Under the pieces are notes generated by a model, which had not been told where the DNA came from, did no database searches, and saw nothing but the letters and a program-made list of their open reading frames with translations. Source: an uncultured Muribaculaceae bacterium (lineage in GTDB: Bacteria > Bacteroidota > Bacteroidia > Bacteroidales > Muribaculaceae). Taken from it: DNA of 64,000 bases. The DNA is taken from contig CAJUOC010000002.1 of NCBI GenBank assembly GCA_910587925.1, positions 16,303 through 80,302 on the forward strand. The letters are read 5' to 3'. This document shows positions 9,641 to 18,361 of the stretch, piece by piece. Position numbers and translations under genes: made by a program. The first letter of the stretch is position 1; each line of letters begins with the position of its first letter.

Positions 9641-11275
9641 TTACTCCACGCGCAGGCGGTCGCCCTCGCTGTCGACTATCGAGCGGTAATACTGCTCGTC
9701 GTAGCCGGGGAAGTCGGGGTAGGCGGGTGTGCCCTCGGGTGTGCGCACAAACTCGCCCGGAGCGCTCTCCTTCTTCACATTTCCGTCGAGGTACTTCACC
9801 AGCAGGTAGTCGCCCAGCGCCTTGTAGTCGCGGGTGACATCGGCGGCGGCGCGGAGTGTCATGCCGTCGAGAGTGGCGCGGGCGGCAGAGTAGTCGGTGT
9901 CGGGGGTGAGGGTGGCGGCCACGGAGTCGACGGCGGCGGTCAGAGCGCTCTCGTGGCGGCTCTGCACGCGGCGTATGTCGGGTATCATCTGCGAGTAGCG
10001 GTTGTAGGCCTGGTTGGCGACGTAGTTGTTGACCCAAAACATGGCGTCCCACGACAGATTGTACATGTCGCCGTTGCCCTCGGCCAGCTCGCGGGGCACG
10101 ACCGAGTTGGAGTTGAACACCGGTATGTACACACATGTATTGGCATCGTCGACACCAAACCACAGCACGCCGCGCATGGCCGGGTGGCGGTCGGCGCGCA
10201 TGTTGGATACAAAGGAGAATCCGGTCTGCTGTGTGGCGATAGCGCGCTCGTGGGTGTATGTCTTGCCGTCGACCTTATAGGTGAGCGGACGCCAGCGGTA
10301 GGGCACCTTGTAGGGGCCGGCGCCGGGGTCACTGGTCATGTCGAGCGGGGTGTCTTCAAAGTGGTCGCGCATCATCCACTTGAGGTCGTCGGCGCTCACG
10401 GGGCGCGACGGCTTTACCCACAGGGGCATCACCTCGCCCTCGCCGCGGGTAATCCAGGGGAGCCAGGCGTCGGCGCTGCCCTTGGGCAGAAACTTATTGT
10501 AGTACGCCCACACGCGCGCGTCGCAGCCGCGCAGGGCGCCCAGGTCGGTCACGGCATAGGTGCGCGAGAAGTCGAAGTCGCGGTCGGCGCCGTCGTACAG
10601 CCCCTGCTTGCGGGCAAATGAAATCACGTCGGGCGAGTAGAGGGTATTCTTGTCGCCTTTGAGGGGGAAGGTGTGTATGCGGGCGTGGTTGGCATGGCCG
10701 CTGATGTAGCCGTCGGGCACGCGGCGGGCCACCCATACGGCGCCCGGGTCGCTCTTGCCCTTGCCTATCATCTCCATGATCCATACCTCGTCGGGGTCGG
10801 CGATGGAAAAAGACTCGCCCTCGGAGGCGTAGCCGTATTTGTCGACCAGCGAAGTCATCACCTCCAGAGCCTCGCGGGCGGTGCGCGAGCGCTCCAGGGC
10901 GATGTAGATGAGCGAGCCGTAGTCGATGATGCCCGAGCCGGCCAGCTCGGGGCGTCCGCCCCAGGTGCTCTCGGCGATGGTGACGCCGTGCTCGTTCATG
11001 TTGCCGGTGCGGGCATAGGTATGGGCAGGCTGGGGTATGTAGCCGAGGTGGCGGCCCGAGTCCCAGTCGCGCACCTCGCGCATTTCGCCGGGGGCGTGGT
11101 CGGCGGCGGGCTGCTTGTATAGCTCGCCGTAGAGGGTGTGGGAGTCGGCGGCGTAGGTAATCATGGTGGAGCCGTCGGCGGTGGCGCCTTTGGCCGCGAT
11201 GAGGCTGGTGCAGGCGTCGGCGGCCGGGGTGGAAAGGGCGGCGGCGACGATTGCGGAGGCAATGAGTCTTTTCAT
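9641..11275 (-). CDS. Peptidase C69 family dipeptidase (Ntn-hydrolase)
   Basis: Signal peptide ending ADA followed by N-terminal nucleophile Cys (CTSLI...G.TADGS). MNEHGV and GESFSIADPDEVW motifs. Start at ATG 11275. Confidence 0.88.
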   Translation of the reverse strand: MKRLIASAIVAAALSTPAADACTSLIAAKGATADGSTMITYAADSHTLYGELYKQPAADHAPGEMREVRDWDSGRHLGYIPQPAHTYARTGNMNEHGVTIAESTWGGRPELAGSGIIDYGSLIYIALERSRTAREALEVMTSLVDKYGYASEGESFSIADPDEVWIMEMIGKGKSDPGAVWVARRVPDGYISGHANHARIHTFPLKGDKNTLYSPDVISFARKQGLYDGADRDFDFSRTYAVTDLGALRGCDARVWAYYNKFLPKGSADAWLPWITRGEGEVMPLWVKPSRPVSADDLKWMMRDHFEDTPLDMTSDPGAGPYKVPYRWRPLTYKVDGKTYTHERAIATQQTGFSFVSNMRADRHPAMRGVLWFGVDDANTCVYIPVFNSNSVVPRELAEGNGDMYNLSWDAMFWVNNYVANQAYNRYSQMIPDIRRVQSRHESALTAAVDSVAATLTPDTDYSAARATLDGMTLRAAADVTRDYKALGDYLLVKYLDGNVKKESAPGEFVRTPEGTPAYPDFPGYDEQYYRSIVDSEGDRLRVE

Positions 11276-11310
11276 GCAGATGGGGAGTGAGAAGTGTGTA
11301 AGATGATGTG

Positions 11311-11664
11311 TCACCACTCGATGGTGAATGTGGCCTCAAACGACCGGGCCACCGGCGGGGCTTCCTTGGTGACTGCCACCGAGCCGCCCGTGATGGCGGG
11401 GTAGGCGGCCGTGAGCTCGCGGCGGATGCGTCCGGCCAGATGCTCGAGCAGGTCGGAGGGGGTGGCGGCCACGCGGGCCACTGTCTCGGCGACCTCGGCA
11501 TAGTTGAGGGCGTCGGCCACCGAGTCGGAGGCAATGGCGCGGGAGGCGTCGTAGCGCAGGTGCAGGTCGTAGCGAAACCATGCACCGACGCGGCGCTCCA
11601 GCGCCCCTACGCCGTGATAGCCGTAGAGGCGCAGGCCGCTGATGGTGATGGCGGTGCGGGTCAT
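11311..11664 (-). CDS. folB: Dihydroneopterin aldolase
   Basis: GLRLYGYHGV..ER, LNYAEV, LLEHLA and VTKEAPP motifs. The ATG overlaps the rnr stop (ATGA). Confidence 0.9.
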   Translation of the reverse strand: MTRTAITISGLRLYGYHGVGALERRVGAWFRYDLHLRYDASRAIASDSVADALNYAEVAETVARVAATPSDLLEHLAGRIRRELTAAYPAITGGSVAVTKEAPPVARSFEATFTIEW

Positions 11665-13946
11665 TTGCGGCGACGGCCTTTGCCGCCCTTGGAGCCTTTG
11701 CGCTCCTTGGCCGGCTTGTGACTGTCGGCGCTCTTGCCGCGGCTCTTGCCTCCTCGGCGGGGCGACGACGGCTTGGCCGAGCCCAGGGTGGCGATGGAGC
11801 GTGGCGGGTGTTTCTCGTCGACGAGCACAAAGTCGAGCTGCTTGCGGTCGAGGTTGCAGCGGGCCACCTGCACCTGCACAGCGTCGCCCAGGCGGTAGCG
11901 GTTGCCGTTGCGGCGGCCTACGAGGCAGTAGTTTTTCTCGTCGAAGTCGTAGAAGTCGTCGGCCAGGTCGCGTACCGGCACCAGGCCCTCGCACTTGTTG
12001 TCGTCAAGCTCCACGTACAGGCCCCACTCGGTCACGCCCGAGATGACGCCGGCAAATACCTCGCCCAGGTGGTCGGTCATATACTCGACCTGCTTGTACT
12101 TGATGGATGCGCGCTCGGCGTTGGCGGCCAGCTGCTCCATGGCCGAGGAGTGCTCACACTCCTCCTCGAGCTTGTCGACGCTCACGCTGCGGCCGCCGCG
12201 CAGATAGCGCTCCAGCAGGCGGTGCACCATCATGTCGGGGTAGCGGCGTATGGGCGATGTGAAATGGGTGTAGTAGTCAAAGCCCAGGCCGTAGTGGCCG
12301 ATATTGGTGGTGGTATACACGGCCTTGGCCATCGAGCGGATGGCCAGGGTGGAGAGGAAATTCTCCTCGCCCTTGCCCTTGATGTCGGCGAGCATGCGGT
12401 TGATGGAGCGGTTGACATCCTTGGCCGAGCCGCCGGTCTTCACCTTGTATCCAAAGTTGCGGCACAGGCCGGCCAGGTCGGCGAGCTTGCCGGGGTCGGG
12501 CTGGTCGTGCACACGGTATACAAAAGCCTTGGCTTTCTTGCGGGAGCCGGTGCAGCCGATGAAGGCGGCGACGGTGCGGTTGGCCAGCAGCATGAATTCC
12601 TCGATGAGCTTGTTGGCGTCTTTGCTTTCCTTGAAGTAAACCGATACGGGATGGCCCTTGTCGTCGATGTTGAAGCCCACCTCGGCGCGGTCAAATTCCA
12701 CCGAGCCATTGTCGTAACGCTCTCGGCGCAGTATCTTGGCCAGGCGGTCGAGGGTGAGTATCTCGTCGCGCATGTCGCCCTGGCCGGTCTCGATGACGGC
12801 CTGAGCCTCGTCGTATGTAAAGCGGCGGTCGGAGCGTATGACGGTGCGGCAGATCTCGCTGCGGAGCACGCGGGCGCGGTCGTCCATCTCAAAGATTACC
12901 GAGAAAGTGAGCTTTTCCTCGTCGGGGCGCAGCGAGCAGATGCCGTTGGACAGATGCTCGGGCAGCATAGGTATCGTGCGGTCGACCAGATAGACCGATG
13001 TGGCGCGGCTCTCGGCCTCTCGGTCGATGATGGTGTCTGGGCGCACGTAGTGTGTCACATCGGCGATATGCACGCCCACCTCCCAGTGGCCGCCGGGCAG
13101 CTGACGTATCGACAGGGCGTCGTCGAAGTCCTTTGCATCGGTGGGGTCGATGGTAAAGGTGGTGACCTCGCGCATGTCGCGTCGGGCGGCTATCTCCTCG
13201 GGGGTGATGCCGGCCGAAATCTTGTCGGCGGCCTTCTCCACAGCGGCGGGGTAGCGGTACGGCAGGCCAAACTCGGCCAGGATGGCGTGCATCTCGGCGT
13301 CGTTCTCGCCGTTTTTACCCAGGATGTCGACCACCTCGCCGCGGGGGTTGGCAGTGTCGTCGGGCCAGTCGGTGATGCGCACCACAGCCTTGTCGCCGGT
13401 GACACCGCCCTTGAGTTTGGGCTTGGGGATGAGGATGTCGGTGGCCAGATACTTGGAGTCGGTATTGAGGGTGGCAAAGTGCTTGTCGACGCGCAGGGTG
13501 CCGATGAAAGTCTGGTCTTTGGCCTCGATAATCTCGGTGACCACGGCCTCGGGCTCGCGGCCCTTGACACGGGCGGCGATGCTTACGCGCACGCGGTCGC
13601 CGTTGAGGGCGTGGAGCGAGTTGCGCTCGGCCACAAATATGGCCTGGCCGTCGTCGTCGGTCACGACACTGTTTTTGCCGTTGCGCAGGCGCACGAAGGT
13701 GCCCGTGGCCGTGACAGTGTCGACCGGCATCTTGTACTGGCCGGGCGACACCTCGATGAGGTCGCCGTCAAAGGCGAGCTCGGCCAGGTGCAGGGCCACG
13801 GCGCGCTGCTGGGCCGGGGCGTCGAAGCCGCAGGCGGCCGAGACTTGCTTGTAATTGAATGTCTTGCTGCCGCGCGAGGCTATGTATTGGTCGACGGCGG
13901 CGTAGAGCGCAGCCTTGTCGGCCGATTTGGTTTTGGTTTTTGCCAT
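11661..13946 (-). CDS. rnr: Ribonuclease R
   Basis: TIDPTDAKDFDDA and HFTSPIRRYPD motifs, a C-terminal S1 domain and a basic tail. Confidence 0.96.
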   Translation of the reverse strand: MAKTKTKSADKAALYAAVDQYIASRGSKTFNYKQVSAACGFDAPAQQRAVALHLAELAFDGDLIEVSPGQYKMPVDTVTATGTFVRLRNGKNSVVTDDDGQAIFVAERNSLHALNGDRVRVSIAARVKGREPEAVVTEIIEAKDQTFIGTLRVDKHFATLNTDSKYLATDILIPKPKLKGGVTGDKAVVRITDWPDDTANPRGEVVDILGKNGENDAEMHAILAEFGLPYRYPAAVEKAADKISAGITPEEIAARRDMREVTTFTIDPTDAKDFDDALSIRQLPGGHWEVGVHIADVTHYVRPDTIIDREAESRATSVYLVDRTIPMLPEHLSNGICSLRPDEEKLTFSVIFEMDDRARVLRSEICRTVIRSDRRFTYDEAQAVIETGQGDMRDEILTLDRLAKILRRERYDNGSVEFDRAEVGFNIDDKGHPVSVYFKESKDANKLIEEFMLLANRTVAAFIGCTGSRKKAKAFVYRVHDQPDPGKLADLAGLCRNFGYKVKTGGSAKDVNRSINRMLADIKGKGEENFLSTLAIRSMAKAVYTTTNIGHYGLGFDYYTHFTSPIRRYPDMMVHRLLERYLRGGRSVSVDKLEEECEHSSAMEQLAANAERASIKYKQVEYMTDHLGEVFAGVISGVTEWGLYVELDDNKCEGLVPVRDLADDFYDFDEKNYCLVGRRNGNRYRLGDAVQVQVARCNLDRKQLDFVLVDEKHPPRSIATLGSAKPSSPRRGGKSRGKSADSHKPAKERKGSKGGKGRRRK

Positions 13947-13989
13947 TGGATGTGTTTATGTTTAGAGGAGAAAGGATTGTGTGTGGCGC

Positions 13990-15921
13990 TCAGGCGTCGA
14001 TGTTGGCGTAGGTGGCGTTGGCTTCGATGAAGTCGCGGCGCGGGCCCACATCCTCGCCCATGAGCATCGAGAATACGCGGTCGGCCTCGGCGGCGTCGTT
14101 GATGGTCACCTGCTTGAGGATACGGTGCTCGGGCGACATGGTGGTGTCGCGCAGCTCCTTGTCGCTCATCTCGCCCAGACCCTTGTATCGCGATACGGTG
14201 GTCTTGCCGGCGTGGGCGTCGATGAACCGCTGCACCTGGGGGTCGGTCCAGCAGTATTCCTCGTCTTTGCCGCATTTGCACTTGTACAGCGGGGGAGTGG
14301 CCAGGTAGAGGTAGCCCTGCTCGATGACGGGACGCATGCGACGGAAGAAGAATGTCATCAGCAGGGTGGCGATGTGGGCGCCGTCGACGTCGGCATCGGT
14401 CATGATGATGATCTTGTGGTATGCGAGTTTGCTGATGTTGATGGCCTTGGGGTCGTCTTCGGTGCCGATGGTGACACGCAGGGCGCGGAAGAGGTTGGTG
14501 ATTTCCTCGCTCTCAAATATCTTGTGCTCCATGGCCTTCTCCACATTGAGGATTTTGCCTCGCAGGGGCAGGATGGCCTGGAACTGGCGGTCGCGGCCCT
14601 TCTTGGCCGTACCGCCTGCCGAGTCACCCTCGACCAGGAATATCTCGCAGTCTTCGGCCGTGCGGCTCGAGCAGTCGGCGAGCTTGCCGGGCAGGCCGCC
14701 GCTCCACAGGGGCGACTTGCGCAGCACTTTCTCGCGGGCGTTGCGCGCGGCCTGGCGTGCCTGGGCGGCGAGCACCACCTTTTCCACGATGGCCTTGGCC
14801 TCGCGGGGGTGCTCCTCCAGATATGTGCGCAGGGCCTCGCTCACGGCCACCTGCACGCTGCCCATCACCTCGGAGTTGCCGAGCTTGGTCTTGGTCTGGC
14901 CCTCAAACTGGGGCTCGAGCACTTTCACCGAGATGACGGCCGTGAGGCCCTCGCGGAAGTCCTCGGCGGCAATCTCTACCTTGGCGTTCTTGAGCAGATT
15001 GTTGTCTTCGGCGTATTTCTTGAGAGTGAGTGTGAGGCCGCGGCGGAAGCCGGTGAGGTGTGTGCCGCCCTCGATGGTGTTGATGTTGTTGACAAAGGAG
15101 TAGATGTTCTCGTTGTACGAGTTGTTGTAGGTGAAGGCCACCTCGACGGGTATGCCGCCGCGCTCGGTGTTGAGGTCGATCACATCGTTGATGAGCGAGT
15201 CTTTGCTCGAGTCGATGTACTCGACAAACTCGCGCAGACCCTTCTCAGAGTAGAAAGTCTCGCCGCGGGGCACTCCCTGCTCGTTCACCTCGCGCATGTC
15301 GGTGAGGGTCAGGGTGATGCCGGCGTTGAGAAATGCCAGATCGCGCAGGCGGTTGGCCAGGGTCTGGTAGTCGTATACGGTGACGGTGAATATCGACGCG
15401 TCGGGCTTGAAGGTGATGGTGGTGCCGGTGGTGTCGCTCTCGCCCTCGACGCGGAGCGCCGTGGTGGGCTTGCCGCAGGAGTACTCCTGCACGTAGCGGT
15501 GGCCGTTGCGGCGCACCTCGGCACGCAGGTAGGTCGACAGGGCGTTGACACACGATACGCCCACGCCGTGCAGACCGCCCGACACCTTGTAGTTGCTCTT
15601 GTCAAACTTGCCGCCCGCGTGCAGCACGGTGAGCACCACCTCCAGAGCGCTCTTGTGCTCCTTCTCGTGCATGTCTACGGGGATACCGCGGCCGTCGTCG
15701 ACCACGGTGATGGAGTCGTCGGAGTTGATGACGACGTTTATATTGTGGGCGTAGCCGGCAAGGGCCTCGTCGATGGAGTTGTCGACCACCTCATACACAA
15801 GGTGGTGCAGACCCTTGGCCGAGATGTCGCCGATGTACATGGCCGGACGCTTGCGCACGGCTTCCAGGCCCTCGAGGACCTGGATTTTATCCGCGCCGTA
15901 ATTTTCTGTAGCTTCTGACAT
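13990..15921 (-). CDS. gyrB: DNA gyrase subunit B
   Basis: EAVRKRPAMYIG, EVVDNSIDE, GGLHGVG, VEGDSAGG, PLRGKILN, DADVDG and RYKGLGEM motifs. Confidence 0.97.
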   Translation of the reverse strand: MSEATENYGADKIQVLEGLEAVRKRPAMYIGDISAKGLHHLVYEVVDNSIDEALAGYAHNINVVINSDDSITVVDDGRGIPVDMHEKEHKSALEVVLTVLHAGGKFDKSNYKVSGGLHGVGVSCVNALSTYLRAEVRRNGHRYVQEYSCGKPTTALRVEGESDTTGTTITFKPDASIFTVTVYDYQTLANRLRDLAFLNAGITLTLTDMREVNEQGVPRGETFYSEKGLREFVEYIDSSKDSLINDVIDLNTERGGIPVEVAFTYNNSYNENIYSFVNNINTIEGGTHLTGFRRGLTLTLKKYAEDNNLLKNAKVEIAAEDFREGLTAVISVKVLEPQFEGQTKTKLGNSEVMGSVQVAVSEALRTYLEEHPREAKAIVEKVVLAAQARQAARNAREKVLRKSPLWSGGLPGKLADCSSRTAEDCEIFLVEGDSAGGTAKKGRDRQFQAILPLRGKILNVEKAMEHKIFESEEITNLFRALRVTIGTEDDPKAINISKLAYHKIIIMTDADVDGAHIATLLMTFFFRRMRPVIEQGYLYLATPPLYKCKCGKDEEYCWTDPQVQRFIDAHAGKTTVSRYKGLGEMSDKELRDTTMSPEHRILKQVTINDAAEADRVFSMLMGEDVGPRRDFIEANATYANIDA

Positions 15922-15964
15922 AGATATGTATTAGTATGCTTTCGTATTGTCGGTATTTTCTCTA

Positions 15965-15972
15965 CAAAGGTA
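15965..15972 (-). promoter_or_regulatory. -7 element (TACCTTTG) for the gyrB-rnr-folB-C69-GH25 run
   Basis: Matches TAnnTTTG on the minus strand, upstream of gyrB. Confidence 0.65.
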
Positions 15973-16042
15973 CGAAAAAACGGCCAAACGGGCAAACATT
16001 CGCGCCCCGCCCCGCGTTGCATTTTCAATAAAAATCACCGAT

Positions 16043-16285
16043 ATGAACGACCGACTTACCACCGAGGAGCGCAAGACCTTACCCGACAGCATGTACGGGC
16101 TGCCCGAGCGCCGCGAATATCCTATGCCCGACGCCGCCCATGTGCGTGCCGCCGAGGCTTATTTCCGCTATTGTCCCGAAGACCTCAAGCCTCAGCTGGC
16201 CCGCGCCATCCTCGCGCGCGCCCGAGCCTGCGGAGTCGACGTCGAGTCGCCCACGGTGCTGGCATACGCCGGCGTCAAGAGTTGA
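16043..16285 (+). CDS. Small hypothetical protein (DUF6582-like)
   Basis: 80 aa with L(T)xxERxxLPDSxYGLPxxRxYPMPDxxHVRAA pattern, an AT-rich leader and host-like codon usage. Confidence 0.65.
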   Translation: MNDRLTTEERKTLPDSMYGLPERREYPMPDAAHVRAAEAYFRYCPEDLKPQLARAILARARACGVDVESPTVLAYAGVKS

Positions 16286-16470
16286 TGCCTCCACGCAGCC
16301 ACTGTTACACTCCGACGTGGCTGCATCCCCCGCTATTCGTTACGTACATCAACATGTATGACCGGAGGGGGACGTCCGTCGGACGCCCGCGGGCCGCATG
16401 ATTATGCATTGTCAATCGTAAAGTGTGTTTTGCCGCGCCCTCGGGCGTCGCGGCAATGTTCACAAATAAA

Positions 16471-16503
16471 TTTGGCATTGCTCTGGACTTATTTGTATCT
16501 TTG
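16471..16503 (+). promoter_or_regulatory. Full Bacteroidetes promoter (TTTG-N21-TATCTTTG)
   Basis: -33 TTTG at 16471-16474 and -7 TATCTTTG at 16496-16503. The ATG is 4 nt downstream. Confidence 0.75.
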
Positions 16504-16507
16504 CGCC

Positions 16508-17461
16508 ATGCAGGCGTTTTACAGATACAATCAGGCCACCGAGCGCTACGAGAGGGTATTCCCCTCGCGGCGCAGGAGGGTGTGGGTCACCCTGTGGCAG
16601 TTTGTGTGGGGCGCGCTTGCCGGCGCGGCTGTCGTGGTGGCGCTGTACTATGTGGTCGACTTCCCAAAGGAGAGGCAGCTGCGCCGCCACAACGATGCCC
16701 TGGCCGAGAGCCTTGAGGAGCTTGGCCACCGCGCCGACCGCGCCTTGGCCGTGATGGAGGATATCGCGGCCCGCGACAACAATTTCTACCGTGTGGTGAT
16801 GCAGGCCGAGCCCCTGGGAGCCGCCGCCCGATATGCGGGGCTGGAGCGCCGTCGCGTGGACTCGCTGCCCGACGATGCACTGGTGCGCGCCGTGGCCACC
16901 GATATCGACCGTCTCGACAATATGATTTACCATCAGAGCCGGTCGTTTGACTTCCTGCGCGCGCGCGCCATGGAGTCGAAAGACCGCATCGCCCACATCC
17001 CGGCCATACAGCCCGTGTCTGAGAAGTCGCTGCGGCAGATGGCCTCGGGCTACGGCTACCGCCGCGACCCCATCTACGGCACGGCCAAGTTTCACGAGGG
17101 CATGGACTTCTCTGCCGCCCCGGGCACACCCGTATATGCCACCGGCCGCGGGCGTGTGATCTCCGCAGGCTGGAACAGCGGCTACGGCAATCTCATTGAG
17201 ATAGACCACGGCTACGGCTACGTCACCCGCTACGCCCATCTCTCCAAGATAGGCGTGAGCGCCGGGCAGACCGTGAGCCGCGGCGACCTCATCGGCGAGG
17301 TGGGCAACACGGGCAAGTCGACCGGCCCGCATCTCCACTACGAGGTGAGGCTCCACGGCGCCCCGCAGAATCCTGTCAACTACTACTTCATGGATCTCTC
17401 GCCGGCCGAGTACGACGCGATGATAAAACAGGCCGAGAATGCCGGCCGCGTGATGGACTGA
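16508..17461 (+). CDS. M23 family metallopeptidase (peptidoglycan endopeptidase)
   Basis: N-terminal TM and coiled coil, HEGMD (HxxxD), YAHL and GPHLHYEV (HxH) motifs. Confidence 0.93.
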   Translation: MQAFYRYNQATERYERVFPSRRRRVWVTLWQFVWGALAGAAVVVALYYVVDFPKERQLRRHNDALAESLEELGHRADRALAVMEDIAARDNNFYRVVMQAEPLGAAARYAGLERRRVDSLPDDALVRAVATDIDRLDNMIYHQSRSFDFLRARAMESKDRIAHIPAIQPVSEKSLRQMASGYGYRRDPIYGTAKFHEGMDFSAAPGTPVYATGRGRVISAGWNSGYGNLIEIDHGYGYVTRYAHLSKIGVSAGQTVSRGDLIGEVGNTGKSTGPHLHYEVRLHGAPQNPVNYYFMDLSPAEYDAMIKQAENAGRVMD

Positions 17462-17463
17462 AT

Positions 17464-17799
17464 ATGAGCGAACTTACCAAGAAATATTACCGCATCAGCG
17501 AGGTGGCCGAGATACTGGATATCCCGGCGTCGACGCTGCGATTCTGGGAGTCGAAGTTTACGGTGATACATCCGCGGCGCAATGCCGGCGGCCTGCGCAT
17601 GTACACACCCGCCGACATCGAGAAGATACGCATGATATATTACCTCGTAAAGGAGAAGGGCCTCAAGCTCGATGCCGCCCAGGAGCAGCTGCGCACCAAC
17701 TCGTCGGGCGTGGCGCGCCGCTTCGAGGCTGTCGAGCGGCTGCGCGCCATACGCGCCCGTGTGGTCGCCCTGCGCGAGGCCATGGGGCGGCTGCGATGA
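17464..17799 (+). CDS. MerR-family transcriptional regulator
   Basis: YYRISEVAEILDIPASTLRFWE...G.RMYT MerR HTH. Confidence 0.9.
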   Translation: MSELTKKYYRISEVAEILDIPASTLRFWESKFTVIHPRRNAGGLRMYTPADIEKIRMIYYLVKEKGLKLDAAQEQLRTNSSGVARRFEAVERLRAIRARVVALREAMGRLR

Positions 17800-18344
17800 G
17801 CGCGTTCAATCAATTCAACGACCGTCTGGAGCTCGACTTTCTGCGTGAGCTGTGCCTGCGGGATGGGCGCCTGCGCCGCTTTGCGCGGGGCGACGTATTC
17901 CTGAAGCGCGGCGAGGTATGCCACGAGATAGCGCTTGTGCGCAGCGGCTACTTCAAGTATGTGACGGCCGATACGGCCGGCGCCGAGTGTGTGGTGGGCT
18001 TTACCTTTGAGGAGGAGTATGCCACTTATCTCTACAGCGCCATGAATGGCACGCCGCTGCCGGTATCGGTAGTGGCCGGGCGATCGACCGAGGCGCTCGT
18101 GGTGCCGGTCGTGCCTGATACGGCTATAGAGGGCTTTGTGCGTGATTCCATGCCGGTGCTGTTCGACGAGCTTTACGCGCGGTTTCTCGACAGCTACCGC
18201 TACTCGCCGGCCGAGCGGTATGCCCGCCTCTGCGCCGCCCACCCAGAGGTGATACAGAAAGTGCCTCTGCGCGAGATAGCCTCCTATCTGCGCGTGTCGC
18301 CCACCCACCTGTCGCGCATCCGCCGCGAGATGGTGAATGTCTGA
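17796..18344 (+). CDS. Crp/Fnr-family transcriptional regulator
   Basis: cNMP-binding-like N-terminus and SPAERY...IASYLRVSPTHLSRIR HTH. ATGA overlap with the MerR gene. Confidence 0.88.
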   Translation: MSAFNQFNDRLELDFLRELCLRDGRLRRFARGDVFLKRGEVCHEIALVRSGYFKYVTADTAGAECVVGFTFEEEYATYLYSAMNGTPLPVSVVAGRSTEALVVPVVPDTAIEGFVRDSMPVLFDELYARFLDSYRYSPAERYARLCAAHPEVIQKVPLREIASYLRVSPTHLSRIRREMVNV

Positions 18345-18361
18345 CGGCGCCCCTCGCCACG

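Noticed and set aside
11718..15918. Long antisense ORFs (770 aa, 645 aa) opposite rnr and gyrB, and similar ones opposite nadE, fumarase and cstA
   Set aside because: These are shadow ORFs expected from high GC3 codon bias. The opposite strand encodes clear conserved proteins.
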